Virus record (IMG/VR): IMGVR_UViG_3300034102_003306
Location: 1 to 29,118 of that record
Reading direction: 5' to 3' (one strand)
DNA from: a virus
Taxonomy: Duplodnaviria > Caudoviricetes
Length of the DNA stretch: 29,118 bases
Positions 15,866-24,743 of the stretch are shown here, in pieces. Made by a program: the position numbers and the translations under genes. Positions within the stretch are counted from its first letter, which is position 1. Each line of letters starts with the position of its first letter. The notes under the pieces were generated by a model, which ran no database searches, was not told the DNA's origin, and saw only the letters and a list, made by a program, of their open reading frames with translations.

Positions 15866-18462
15866 CAGATGACCCTCCCGTCCATCAGGAAGTTGGGCAC
15901 CGCGTCGGGCTGGATGTTCAGGCCGGTGCGGAACCGTGTGCCGCCATGACCCTTAGCCGTGCCGATGTTGAAACGTGCGGTGAGTTCGCGACCGACCTGC
16001 CGCATGGGCATCTCGTCCTCGTTGTTCTCCCGGCACCACTTGGTGTAGACGTGAGCCAGCGCGCTGTTGGCGACCTTCTCGCTGTCCGGCTGTCCGACCA
16101 CCAGGCACTCTTCGACAAACCTCCCCATGTGGTCTTCTTGGCGGGCGTACTCCTCGGTGGCGTCCTCGACGCTCTTCGGGGTAGCCACTCCGAACTTCAG
16201 GACATCCATCGCGCCCTCGACGATCCAGGCCATGATGGCGTCGCCCTCTTGCTGCACCAGAACCTTGGACAGCTTGGCGACCCGCTTGTGATGCGGCACG
16301 GTGTAGCCGAAGTGGATCAGCCGAAGACGACGCCAGAACGACGGTCCGCCCGCTTCCACCGAGGGCTGGTAGTTACCCATCAGCCACAGCGTGTGTGAGG
16401 GCTCGAAATCGAAGCCGTCCTGGTACATGAAGCGACCCGTGAGGGTGTCGCCACCGGTGAGGACCTTGACCTTGCCCTCGTCAAACTTGCTGCCCTGATT
16501 GACCTCCGACGCGACCACCAGACGGGCGCCCCGCAACCGGGCAATTTCCGTCTCGTGCTTCTCACCACGGCCCGCCATCAGGAAGTTGATCGGGGCGATG
16601 ATGGCGTAGGTGCCGAGAACTTTCTGGATCGTCTCCAGGAACTGCGTCTTGCCGTTCTTGCCGACGCCGTACAGGAAGGGGAGAATCTCCTCCCGGACTT
16701 CCCCTAGCGCCGTCAGCCCACACAGCCGCTGGATGTAGCTGATCATCACCGGATCGCCACCGAACGTGTCGTTCAGGAAGTCGTTCCACAGCGGCCGCGG
16801 TGCGAGGGGGTCGTACCCCACACCACAGGACCGGGTGTGAAATCCGCTCGCGGTCGGAGGAAGCAAAGTCCCCGTCTGCAGATCGACGACACCGGACTTG
16901 GTGTTGATCAGGTAGGGGTCTGAGTCCAGTTCGGCGACGTCGATCTGCATGTGCTGATGACGCCGGGCCAGGCCCGAGATCGCCGACAACTTCGCCGCCG
17001 ACAAGTTCTTGAACTTGAACTTGACCTTCTGAACCGAGTCCGCGTTGATCGCCTCGACGGTCTCTCGCGCCGCCCGATAGGAGGCCGAGTCGTCCGCCTG
17101 CGGGGCCCACAGATGGCCCGTCCAGCGCAGCCACTTCGCCATGTCGGGGCAGTACCGCAGATGATCGCGGTGCCGGAGGACGAGAAGGTCCGCGGCTCCG
17201 GTGTCGGTCATCGACGGGTTGAACTGCTCATCCTCATCGTCATCGGCGGCGCCGGAGATGGTGGTGGATGTTCCGATCAGTCCGGAGAAGTCGTCCTCGT
17301 CCTCATCGTCGACTTGACCGGCCGACTGCACAGGGACACTGTGCGGCTGCACAGGGGCACTGTCCGCCCGCGGCTGCAGGGTCATCGGTACGCCCTCGGC
17401 CATCTCCGAGAGATGGAGGTGGTCGCCCAGCTCCTTACGGAGGTGTCCGTCGCTCATCGCCGAGACCTTGGCGATGGCGAAGGCCAACGCGTCGGGCACC
17501 TCGTTCGGCGGCACGGTGCGCACCTCACCGCTGATTCCGTCCGCACACATCTGGCGGAACCGGGAATCCAGGATGTCGTATCCGCGGCGATAGTCCTCCT
17601 CGGTCAGACATCCCCGGCGGTGCATGCCGACCAGGCGGACCATCTGGCCGACCAACCACGGGTGGCGGCCGGTAGTGGGGACGTCCCCCGCCCAGCCCTC
17701 CAGCGTCTTGATGACGTAGCCGCAACGCTCCGTGGCGAATGCCCACTCGTCGGGTACGGACACGACCGGGGCCGTGGTGCCGCTGAGACGCGACAACATG
17801 TCACCCTCGGCCTCCGGGATTCCGAACTCGTCGAGACGCTGCTCGAGCTCGTCAATCGACATGGGGGCGCCGGGTGCCTGCTCACCGACGACCTCGATCG
17901 GTTCGCCGTAGCGGTGGTTGAAGCTGCCCGGCACCCGCAGGACGCGGGGCAAATCGAAGACCGAGTCGACCTTGCACCCATGACTGGAGGCCACGCGACG
18001 GACCAACTCCCCGAAGCGATGCAGAGCCGCCGCGGCACGCTGCCGAGAGTCCGCGTCGGTGATCAGGAAGTCCTCGATCGGCCAGAGAGGTTGAAGGCCC
18101 CCGCCAGAGCGGACGATCACCGACGGCTGGACTCCCACCGCCGAGGAGACATCGGCCATAACTTTTCGGGCCGTCTGCGGGCTGCCGCAACCCCCGGATT
18201 TAAAATCCAAGTCGATCCAGATTGCGGCCATTCGGGTGATGTCCTCGTAGCTGCCGCGTCCGGACATCATGCGCTGCACGGGGTTTACGCCGTAATAGAC
18301 GTTCGCCGACGTTCCGAGAATGTCGACCAGGCCAGGCGCGTCGGCAACGGGGACAACGGCGCTCTTCCACACACCACCCGGAGGCAGGGTGTTGACCGAG
18401 ACGAATTCCTCAGGGCCGTAGCCCAATACGTCGAACAACAGGTCGTGGAGGTTGACGGTCAC
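15865..18462 (-). CDS. DNA primase/polymerase fused to SF3 (D5/P4-like) helicase
   Basis: N-terminal WIDLD, SGGGLQ and RVLRVPG primase motifs; D5_N-like region; Walker A GVGKNGKT; GTG18462 overlaps the NrdH stop. Confidence 0.9.
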   Translation of the reverse strand: MTVNLHDLLFDVLGYGPEEFVSVNTLPPGGVWKSAVVPVADAPGLVDILGTSANVYYGVNPVQRMMSGRGSYEDITRMAAIWIDLDFKSGGCGSPQTARKVMADVSSAVGVQPSVIVRSGGGLQPLWPIEDFLITDADSRQRAAAALHRFGELVRRVASSHGCKVDSVFDLPRVLRVPGSFNHRYGEPIEVVGEQAPGAPMSIDELEQRLDEFGIPEAEGDMLSRLSGTTAPVVSVPDEWAFATERCGYVIKTLEGWAGDVPTTGRHPWLVGQMVRLVGMHRRGCLTEEDYRRGYDILDSRFRQMCADGISGEVRTVPPNEVPDALAFAIAKVSAMSDGHLRKELGDHLHLSEMAEGVPMTLQPRADSAPVQPHSVPVQSAGQVDDEDEDDFSGLIGTSTTISGAADDDEDEQFNPSMTDTGAADLLVLRHRDHLRYCPDMAKWLRWTGHLWAPQADDSASYRAARETVEAINADSVQKVKFKFKNLSAAKLSAISGLARRHQHMQIDVAELDSDPYLINTKSGVVDLQTGTLLPPTASGFHTRSCGVGYDPLAPRPLWNDFLNDTFGGDPVMISYIQRLCGLTALGEVREEILPFLYGVGKNGKTQFLETIQKVLGTYAIIAPINFLMAGRGEKHETEIARLRGARLVVASEVNQGSKFDEGKVKVLTGGDTLTGRFMYQDGFDFEPSHTLWLMGNYQPSVEAGGPSFWRRLRLIHFGYTVPHHKRVAKLSKVLVQQEGDAIMAWIVEGAMDVLKFGVATPKSVEDATEEYARQEDHMGRFVEECLVVGQPDSEKVANSALAHVYTKWCRENNEDEMPMRQVGRELTARFNIGTAKGHGGTRFRTGLNIQPDAVPNFLMDGRVI

Positions 18463-18728
18463 TTGGCACCTCCGACCACAGGCTCGTTGGTGATGGACTC
18501 CAGGCGGGACGGGCTGTGCCCGGACCACCAGACCTCGGCGCCGTTGTCGCGGTGCAACTCGACGACGGGGGAGATGGTGTAGCCGCGCTGCTTGAGCTCG
18601 ACGGCGGCTTTAGGGTCGTGGTCCAGACGGACCTCGGTGAACGGGATGTCGCGCTTGCGCAACCAATACTTGGTCGCTTGGCATGAGACGCACGACGGGC
18701 CGGTGGTGTAGACCTTGATGTCGGGCAT
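18459..18728 (-). CDS. nrdH: NrdH-like glutaredoxin
   Basis: VYTTGPSCVSCQATK, SPVV and WSGH motifs; AGGAGG SD favours ATG18728. Confidence 0.85.
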   Translation of the reverse strand: MPDIKVYTTGPSCVSCQATKYWLRKRDIPFTEVRLDHDPKAAVELKQRGYTISPVVELHRDNGAEVWWSGHSPSRLESITNEPVVGGAK

Positions 18729-18792
18729 AATCGACATGCCTCCTTTCATTTCTTCTCTGGTGGTTTTGGTGGTGGAGATGAGGGGGGCCTCA

Positions 18793-18845
18793 GGCCCGGA
18801 GGACGGCGCGGCTTCGTTTGCCGCGTGCCGCGCCGCCTCCGGGCG
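18793..18845. terminator. GC-rich intergenic stem-loop
   Basis: GCCCGGAGG.CGGCGCGGC...GCCGCGCCGCCTCCGGGC between the SSB-like and nrdH genes. Confidence 0.45.
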
Positions 18846-18851
18846 CTTCGG

Positions 18852-19415
18852 CTAGCTCAGGGCGGCGAGTGCGGCCTGGGCCTCGGGGGTGGTAACCGTT
18901 CCGGTCAGGAACGGGTTACCGACGGTCACCGGGTTCGGTGCCGGTGCGGCGGTGACCGGGAAGGGATTGACCGGTCCCGCGGCTGCGGGGGCGGTGCCCA
19001 GAACCTCGGCCTGCCCGGAGGCGGGCGGGGCGTAGACGGCGCTGTACTGCTTCGCACCCGAGATGCCCGGACGCGCCGGTTCGCCGTTGCCCACGTAGGT
19101 GACCGACAGGCTGCCGCCGGGGTCGAGCTGCGTGCGCCCGGCCCCCTTGACGGCGGCGGCGATGGCGGTGCGCATCTGCCCCTTGACGAAGACCCGCTGT
19201 TCGCCGGTCGGCGTCTTGAGGGTGATGACGAGCTGCATTTTCGGCTTGCCGTCGGGCCACGCCAGCGGTGCGCCGGTACCGAACTCGCGCTGCTGCATGA
19301 GCTCGATGTCGCCGACGATGGTGCCCGTCACGGTGGTGTTGGGCACCGGGAACTTGGCCGCCGGTGCGCCGCCACCTCCGGTGAGGAAGGCAGCCGATGC
19401 GTTGATGTTCGACAT
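18852..19415 (-). CDS. Putative ssDNA-binding protein
   Basis: KFP...TVTGTI...Q.R.F..G....WPDG.PKMQLVITL pattern of actinophage SSB-like proteins; low-complexity tail; next to the exonuclease. Confidence 0.6.
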   Translation of the reverse strand: MSNINASAAFLTGGGGAPAAKFPVPNTTVTGTIVGDIELMQQREFGTGAPLAWPDGKPKMQLVITLKTPTGEQRVFVKGQMRTAIAAAVKGAGRTQLDPGGSLSVTYVGNGEPARPGISGAKQYSAVYAPPASGQAEVLGTAPAAAGPVNPFPVTAAPAPNPVTVGNPFLTGTVTTPEAQAALAALS

Positions 19416-19505
19416 GGTGGTGTTACCTCTTGTTTCTCTTCGTTGTGTTTTCTTTGTTGGATGCGCCCTTGCTTCACCACCGGGGCACGCGGTGGGGTTT
19501 GTGGG

Positions 19506-20354
19506 TCAGGCGCCCTGACAGGACCAGGCGCCCTCGGCGGGTGCGGCGCTGAAAAATGGGCAGAAACGACAGCCCGACTCGGTGGCCGGGACCATCTCCA
19601 GCGACGCGTGGTTCTCGCGGGCGTTGAGGGCCTCGACGGCGGTGCGAATCTTCTCCAGCCGGTCGATAGCTGCTTCGGCGATGGACGCGTCGAACGGCTC
19701 CGACCAGACCCACGCCTTGCTCAAGAACGACGCACGGGGGATGAACCAGATCGCCACGCGCTCCACGCGATAGCCCGCGTTGCGGTAGCCCAGCCCGTAC
19801 AGGTGAGCCTGTACGCGGTAGTGCTCCGGCGGACCGAACCTGCGGTACTTACTCGCCGCACTCGCGCCGACGAACTTGTGATCGACAACGGTGCCGGAGA
19901 GACGGCTGTAAAGGTCACAGGTACCCGACAGTCCGGGGGCGATCTCCAGCCGCCGCTCAGTGATCCACGGCCCGACCTCCTCGCCCGTGATGGGGTCGGT
20001 GGTGGTGCGGGCCTCGGTGCCGGGGTGGTTCTGGGCGTGCTCCAGGACGCGGGCGTTGTCGGAGTTAAAAGCGTCCTCGAGTTTGGCGTGTCCGGCGGTG
20101 CCCAGCCACGCGGGCAGCGGGTCGCCGCCGGGATTGACCGCGGGGACGCCGGTCACCTTGGCGGCGATCTGGCGGGCACAGGGATGGCCGATCTCGGACG
20201 GGCCGATGGCGCGCTGAAGGCTGCGGGGGTGGGTGTCCCAGTCCTCGGTCAGGACGCGCTTCAGCCGAGCCAGGATGGCGTCATTCGCCGACTGATTCGG
20301 ATCGTCGTCATCGGCAATACCGGCGACGTCCAGGAACTCTGCTGCGGTGGTCAT
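19506..20354 (-). CDS. Cas4/RecB-like PD-(D/E)XK exonuclease
   Basis: IGPSEIGHPCAR, GTAGH, GTCD...DHK and QAHLYG motifs; C-terminal CRFCPF...C Fe-S-type cysteines. Confidence 0.85.
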   Translation of the reverse strand: MTTAAEFLDVAGIADDDDPNQSANDAILARLKRVLTEDWDTHPRSLQRAIGPSEIGHPCARQIAAKVTGVPAVNPGGDPLPAWLGTAGHAKLEDAFNSDNARVLEHAQNHPGTEARTTTDPITGEEVGPWITERRLEIAPGLSGTCDLYSRLSGTVVDHKFVGASAASKYRRFGPPEHYRVQAHLYGLGYRNAGYRVERVAIWFIPRASFLSKAWVWSEPFDASIAEAAIDRLEKIRTAVEALNARENHASLEMVPATESGCRFCPFFSAAPAEGAWSCQGA

Positions 20355-20547
20355 GGTGGGAACGGCCTTTCTCGTACTTTTAGTTTGTGGGCTGCAGCGG
20401 ACGGTGAAGTTGTGCAAATCCGTGAGCTGCGGTGTCTCAGAGGGTTTTTCAGTTTTCGGGCTGTGGTCCCGGTTCCGCCCGCCGGAGGAACGGACATCCG
20501 ACGAGCGGAACCGGGCGACTCAGTTAGCCGTCAGGCCGACCGGTCGA

Positions 20548-21318
20548 TCACAACCCCACGGCCGCGTCGTCCACGGGGGCCGCGACGCTGAGCGGCACTC
20601 CGTGAGCGGTCTCGGGCGTGGGGATGAGGGTGGACAGGCCGCCGGACAGGCTGCCTCCCAGCGGGTGCGTGCCCGCGTCGGGATCGGACGACTTGACCCA
20701 GACACCCGTGTTGGGGTGTTCGTCGAGCACCAGGGCCGCCAGCGTGACGACCAGGGCGGTCTTTTCGTAGTCATCCAAGTCGCGGACGCGTGCCCATACC
20801 TCCCCGGCGTCGATGTCGCGGACGTCCTCGATCAGTTCGGCCGCGGTGCCGTAGATCGCCGAGCAGAACTCGCGGTGCCGTGCGCCGCCGTCGAACTTGA
20901 TGCGGGGCATGCTGGCGGCCGGGTTGACGTCCTGCTGGATGCGGGCGGCACCGGCGCTGGTCTGCGGTCGCAACAGCAGTGCGATGGTCGCCACCGCGGA
21001 GGGGGAGAACATGTCGGTGGCCGGGTCCCACCCGGCGGCGACGAGTTCGGCCTCGTTTCGGCTGATCACACTGCGCAAGGTCGTGTGCTGACGGATGCGG
21101 AAGAAATCCGCCACGAACTTCCGGGGCACATTGCAGGTGACGCCGCACGCGGTGACGCGCTGGAGGCCGCGGTCGGCGACCATCTTGGCGCGCTCCTCGC
21201 GGTCGCGCTGTGCGGACTTGCGCTGCCGCCGGGCGGCGGTCTCGTTGCGCGTGTCCTCGTCGGTGATCGGTGCGGGATCGAACCGCGGATCGAATTCCGG
21301 TAAAGTGGTGCTGGTCAT
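20548..21318 (-). CDS. Hypothetical protein (256 aa)
   Basis: AGGAG SD; in the leftward operon. Confidence 0.7.
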   Translation of the reverse strand: MTSTTLPEFDPRFDPAPITDEDTRNETAARRQRKSAQRDREERAKMVADRGLQRVTACGVTCNVPRKFVADFFRIRQHTTLRSVISRNEAELVAAGWDPATDMFSPSAVATIALLLRPQTSAGAARIQQDVNPAASMPRIKFDGGARHREFCSAIYGTAAELIEDVRDIDAGEVWARVRDLDDYEKTALVVTLAALVLDEHPNTGVWVKSSDPDAGTHPLGGSLSGGLSTLIPTPETAHGVPLSVAAPVDDAAVGL

Positions 21319-21413
21319 TACGAGCTCCTATGACTCTCTTGAACGGTGTTGCTGGATTGCTTGTGGTGGCAGGTGGCCGGGCGCTGAGAACGCCCGGCCG
21401 CCGCCGTTATGTG

Positions 21414-21623
21414 TCAGACCAGGGGCCAGTCCTCCAGGAGATCAGCGGCCTGCCGGAGGCCGCGAGCGACCGCCGAGTCCGTCAGGCGGTTGCTGTGGGC
21501 CAGCGCGCTGGTCCAGTGGGCCTGCTGGGTCTCGTGGCACTGCCAGCCGGTGAGGGCGAAGTAGAGCGCCTGAGCGAACGCCTCCCGTACACACGGCTCC
21601 GGGCTGCTGAGCTTCTCGATCAC
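21414..21623 (-). CDS. Hypothetical protein
   Basis: GGAGG SD; GTGA overlap. Confidence 0.6.
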   Translation of the reverse strand: MIEKLSSPEPCVREAFAQALYFALTGWQCHETQQAHWTSALAHSNRLTDSAVARGLRQAADLLEDWPLV

Positions 21624-21733
21624 TTGTCCTCCTCCTCGATCACGATGTCCGGCGTGGTCCGCAGGGTGTCCCAGACGCGGGACGCGGTGCTGTCGCCGCC
21701 GCTGTCCGCCATCGGGTTGATGAACATCGCCAT
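21620..21733 (-). CDS. Hypothetical protein (37 aa)
   Basis: MAMFINPMADSGG...EEEDK fills the gap between neighbours. Confidence 0.45.
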   Translation of the reverse strand: MAMFINPMADSGGDSTASRVWDTLRTTPDIVIEEEDK

Positions 21734-21735
21734 GA

Positions 21736-21951
21736 TCAGACCGCCTTCGCGGTGTCGGTGGCGATCGCCAGGACGTAGCGGAGGGTGTCGGTGCCGACGC
21801 GGTCGGTGACGAGCCCCACGATGTAGCGGATGGCGACGTCGTTGTCGGGCTCGCCCGCCAGGTTGATGGCGGCGTTGAGCAGTGCCCCGGTCGACATCGA
21901 CTCGAAGTCGATCGTGAGCGGCTTGTTGTGGAACCGCTTCGTAGTGGTCAT
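21736..21951 (-). CDS. Hypothetical protein, first gene of the leftward operon
   Basis: 71 aa; purine-rich SD; candidate promoter TTGCAG-N16-TAGATT at 22030-22003. Confidence 0.65.
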   Translation of the reverse strand: MTTTKRFHNKPLTIDFESMSTGALLNAAINLAGEPDNDVAIRYIVGLVTDRVGTDTLRYVLAIATDTAKAV

Positions 21952-22211
21952 GTCGTTGACTTTCTTCTCGGTGGTGTGCCAGCGGTGTTGCTGACATGAC
22001 CTAATCTACACACGATTGGCGACGCTGCAACGCAACAAAAACGGCCCTACCAGCAGTGATGCATGGTTTCTGATGACAAAACGACCCAATGGGGGTCCGT
22101 CAAAGGGTTAGCTGCGAGTAGCTGTCATAAGGAATCGTGACAAGGCACTGGAGAAATGTGACGAAGGCCACATTCTTGGGGGTGTGTCGCGCTGGATTGG
22201 CGTTCGAGCGT

Positions 22212-22227
22212 TCGAACATGTGTTCTA
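22212..22227. promoter_or_regulatory. LexA (SOS) box
   Basis: TCGAACATGTGTTCTA, one mismatch to mycobacterial TCGAAC-N4-GTTCGA. Confidence 0.6.
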
Positions 22228-22258
22228 TAGGTGGATCACCCTCTGGCGGGTGTCGGGG

Positions 22259-22830
22259 TGTAGGTTCGACAACCTACGTTTATAAATAGGGCGGCATCAT
22301 GCCTCCGGGTGATGCCGCCCTGAGAGGCCCCATGCCGCCGCCGGAGAGGGTGCAACTGTAGGTTCGACAACCTACGTTGATGAATCGGGCGGCATCATAG
22401 GTCAAAATGGAGGCATCAAACGGAGGCATGATGCCGCCCGGAAAAATGAGGGTGTAGGTGGGTCTGACCTGCACCGATAGGTTTTGTTCGAACATATGTA
22501 CGGAGGCATGAACGGAGGCGTATCTGACCTGCACCGATACCTTGCGACCTGGTCTTTTATACCCCTATGGAGGCATACCCTCTGGAAAGTATTGAATACA
22601 TAATAAATAGAGCTATATAGGGGCCTATATGGGGAGAAAATGTATAGAGAGAAAACTTTTCGACCCCTACGCCGCCCGCGGTGGCTATAAGCCCAGCTCA
22701 CAGAGAATCACCGCAGGTCAGATACGCCTCCGTTCATGCCGCCCAAAAATGGACAAAAGCCCAGGTCGCTAGGTATCGGTGCAGGTCAGGTACGCCTCCG
22801 TACTGATGCCTCCGCACATATGTTCGAATG
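22259..22830. repeat. Iterated and inverted repeat region with AT-rich core (candidate origin/control region)
   Basis: More than 12 GG(A/C)GGC(A/G)T motifs in both orientations; 42-bp imperfect direct repeat at 22259 and 22357; about 75-bp inverted repeat 22487-22560 / 22753-22828 around AT-rich 22585-22660. Confidence 0.7.
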
Positions 22831-23120
22831 AGGTGTTCGAAGACGACCTCTCCCCACAGCCCCGGCGGCACCCCGGCGCCGCCAAAAAATGCACAACTTT
22901 GCCGTCCGCTCGCTTCTTTAGAATGGGAAGTGCAGTAGGACAACTGTGCCATTTTTCGGCCGGATGACTTTCTGCCTCTGGTGGTGGTGTATTACCCGCG
23001 CGGCGGCCCTGGCATAACACGGGGCGCTAACAGTTACCTTTCTCTGCCCGTCAGGCTAGCCGGGCCGCCGCGCCACACCCCCCGCCAAACCCCCGAACAC
23101 AAATCCCGCCGGAGGCGTTC

Positions 23121-23243
23121 ATGGTCGCGTACCCCTGCCGCTGGTGCCGCTGCAACTGCAACGACGGCGACGACATCTGTGACACCTGCCTGATCCGGCT
23201 GCAGGACTGCTACCACGAATGCGTCGCGGAGGACCTGCAATGA
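23121..23243 (+). CDS. 40-aa Cys-rich microprotein
   Basis: MVAYPCRWCRCNCNDGDDICDTCLIRLQDCYHECVAEDLQ; GGAGG SD; stop overlaps the next ATG. Confidence 0.65.
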   Translation: MVAYPCRWCRCNCNDGDDICDTCLIRLQDCYHECVAEDLQ

Positions 23244-23551
23244 GTGTCTACGCCGACGGCCATGAGGCCGTCAACCAGATGATCCACAAGGCGCGTCTCC
23301 GGCGTCACGACCACCGCGCCGCCGGTGGCAGCGACGACGAGTTCATCGGCCGGTTGATCGAGGAGTTCGCCGAAGAGGCGAAGAACCATTCACCCGGCGC
23401 CGGTGCGGCGCATATGGCGCTCAGCGTCTACTGGATGTCGCGATTGACTGACAAGGTGCTCGAGCTTCAGGACGCGGTCAGCATGCGCAACGACGCACTA
23501 CGTACGGCGTGGGCCCGTATCGACGCCGACGAGGCGCTACGGGATGCCTAG
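23240..23551 (+). CDS. Hypothetical protein (103 aa)
   Basis: GGAGG SD and ATGA overlap favour ATG23240. Confidence 0.65.
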   Translation: MSVYADGHEAVNQMIHKARLRRHDHRAAGGSDDEFIGRLIEEFAEEAKNHSPGAGAAHMALSVYWMSRLTDKVLELQDAVSMRNDALRTAWARIDADEALRDA

Positions 23552-24230
23552 CACCTCTGGTGACTTGGCCGCCACCCTGGCTAACGCCATGGGCAACGCG
23601 CTGTCGCTGGATGAGTACCGAAGGCTTTTGCCCGGTTTTCTCGAGGGACTACGGCAGGCCGAATGCACCAATGAGCTCCGCGTCGCGCAGTACATCGCCC
23701 AGACTGGTCACGAGAGCTGTGGTTTGCTCTATCGCACCGAGCTGGCGGACGGTTGGGCCTACGAAGGCAGGGCCGACCTGGGCAATTGTCAGCCCGGAGA
23801 CGGGCCCCGGTACCGGGGTCATGGTTATCTGCAGATCACGGGCCGGGGAAACCATCGGGCCGTGTCTGAGTGGGCGTTCTCAAAGGGCCTTGTCGCTACC
23901 CCCACCTGGTGGGAAGACAACCCCGACGACCTGGCGAGTGAGCAGTGGGCCGCCGTAGGCGCGTCCTGGTATTGGACCGTCGCCCGTCCCCAGATAAACG
24001 CGATGTGCGATTCCGGAGACGTAGAGGGTGTAACCCGCGCCATCAACGGCGGCTTGAACGGTTTTGACGATCGCGTCAATCGCTACAACCACGCTCTGCC
24101 GTTGGCGGGGCAATTCATCCCGGCCGTCCTGGAAACCGGAGATGCTTTCATGGCGCTCAGTGATGACGAACAGCGTGAACTGTTGGACCTGTTGCGCCGC
24201 GTCGCAGCGTTGCTAGGGGCCCGACGGTGA
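23544..24230 (+). CDS. GH19 glycoside hydrolase (lysin A muralytic domain)
   Basis: AQTGHES, YEGRADLGN..PGDGPRYRGHGYLQITGR and VTRAINGGLNGFDDR motifs. Confidence 0.9.
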   Translation: MPSTSGDLAATLANAMGNALSLDEYRRLLPGFLEGLRQAECTNELRVAQYIAQTGHESCGLLYRTELADGWAYEGRADLGNCQPGDGPRYRGHGYLQITGRGNHRAVSEWAFSKGLVATPTWWEDNPDDLASEQWAAVGASWYWTVARPQINAMCDSGDVEGVTRAINGGLNGFDDRVNRYNHALPLAGQFIPAVLETGDAFMALSDDEQRELLDLLRRVAALLGARR

Positions 24231-24285
24231 GCACCATCGTCCAGGTAATCACCGACTGGATTTCCGTGTTTGTGTCTGTGGGCTG

Positions 24286-24555
24286 ATGCCGCAGCACCGT
24301 AACACCGCCGTCCGCGACCGGCTCCGGCGCATCATCGCCAAGGACGAGCCGCCCTGCCACCTCTGCGGGGAGTCGATCGACTACAGCCTGCCGCACAGCC
24401 ACCCGCGCAGCTTTCAGGTGGATCACGTCCTACCCCGCGCCCGCGGCGGCTCCGACACTCTCGACAATTCTGCCGCCTCACACCGTTCCTGTAACAGGTC
24501 GAAGAGTGACCGCGTCCATGCTAGTGTGACTTTCGAGACCGAGCGGTCCTGGTAA
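24286..24555 (+). CDS. HNH endonuclease (packaging-associated type)
   Basis: CHLC, VDHVLPRARGGSD and SHRSCNRSK motifs. Confidence 0.9.
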   Translation: MPQHRNTAVRDRLRRIIAKDEPPCHLCGESIDYSLPHSHPRSFQVDHVLPRARGGSDTLDNSAASHRSCNRSKSDRVHASVTFETERSW

Positions 24556-24560
24556 AACTC

Positions 24561-24731
24561 AAAATAAAAATTCGCGCATTTTTGAAAATAAAAATTCGCC
24601 CAATTTTGAATCCAGGCGAGGGTGCATACCAAATCACGAATCGCAACACCGGAATCGAAACACCGGAATTATAATACCGGAATTATAATACACGAATTAC
24701 AGTTCCGGTATTGCAATACCGGAATTATACT
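24561..24731. repeat. AT-rich repeat cluster
   Basis: AAAATAAAAATTCGC x2; ACCGGAAT iterations; perfect 22-bp palindrome TTCCGGTATTGCAATACCGGAA at 24703-24724. Confidence 0.7.
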
Positions 24732-24743
24732 TCGTATATCCCC

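Noticed and set aside
20380-20390. TTAGTTTGTGG matching the att-arm repeat
   Set aside because: Single 11-mer 8 kb from attP; plausibly chance.
16951-21303. Long plus-strand ORFs (543, 588 and 318 aa)
   Set aside because: Antisense shadows of well-supported primase, SSB-like and exonuclease genes.
22280-23020. Short ORFs with similar N-termini (MQVRYASV...) on opposite strands
   Set aside because: Artefact of the inverted repeat; the region looks non-coding.
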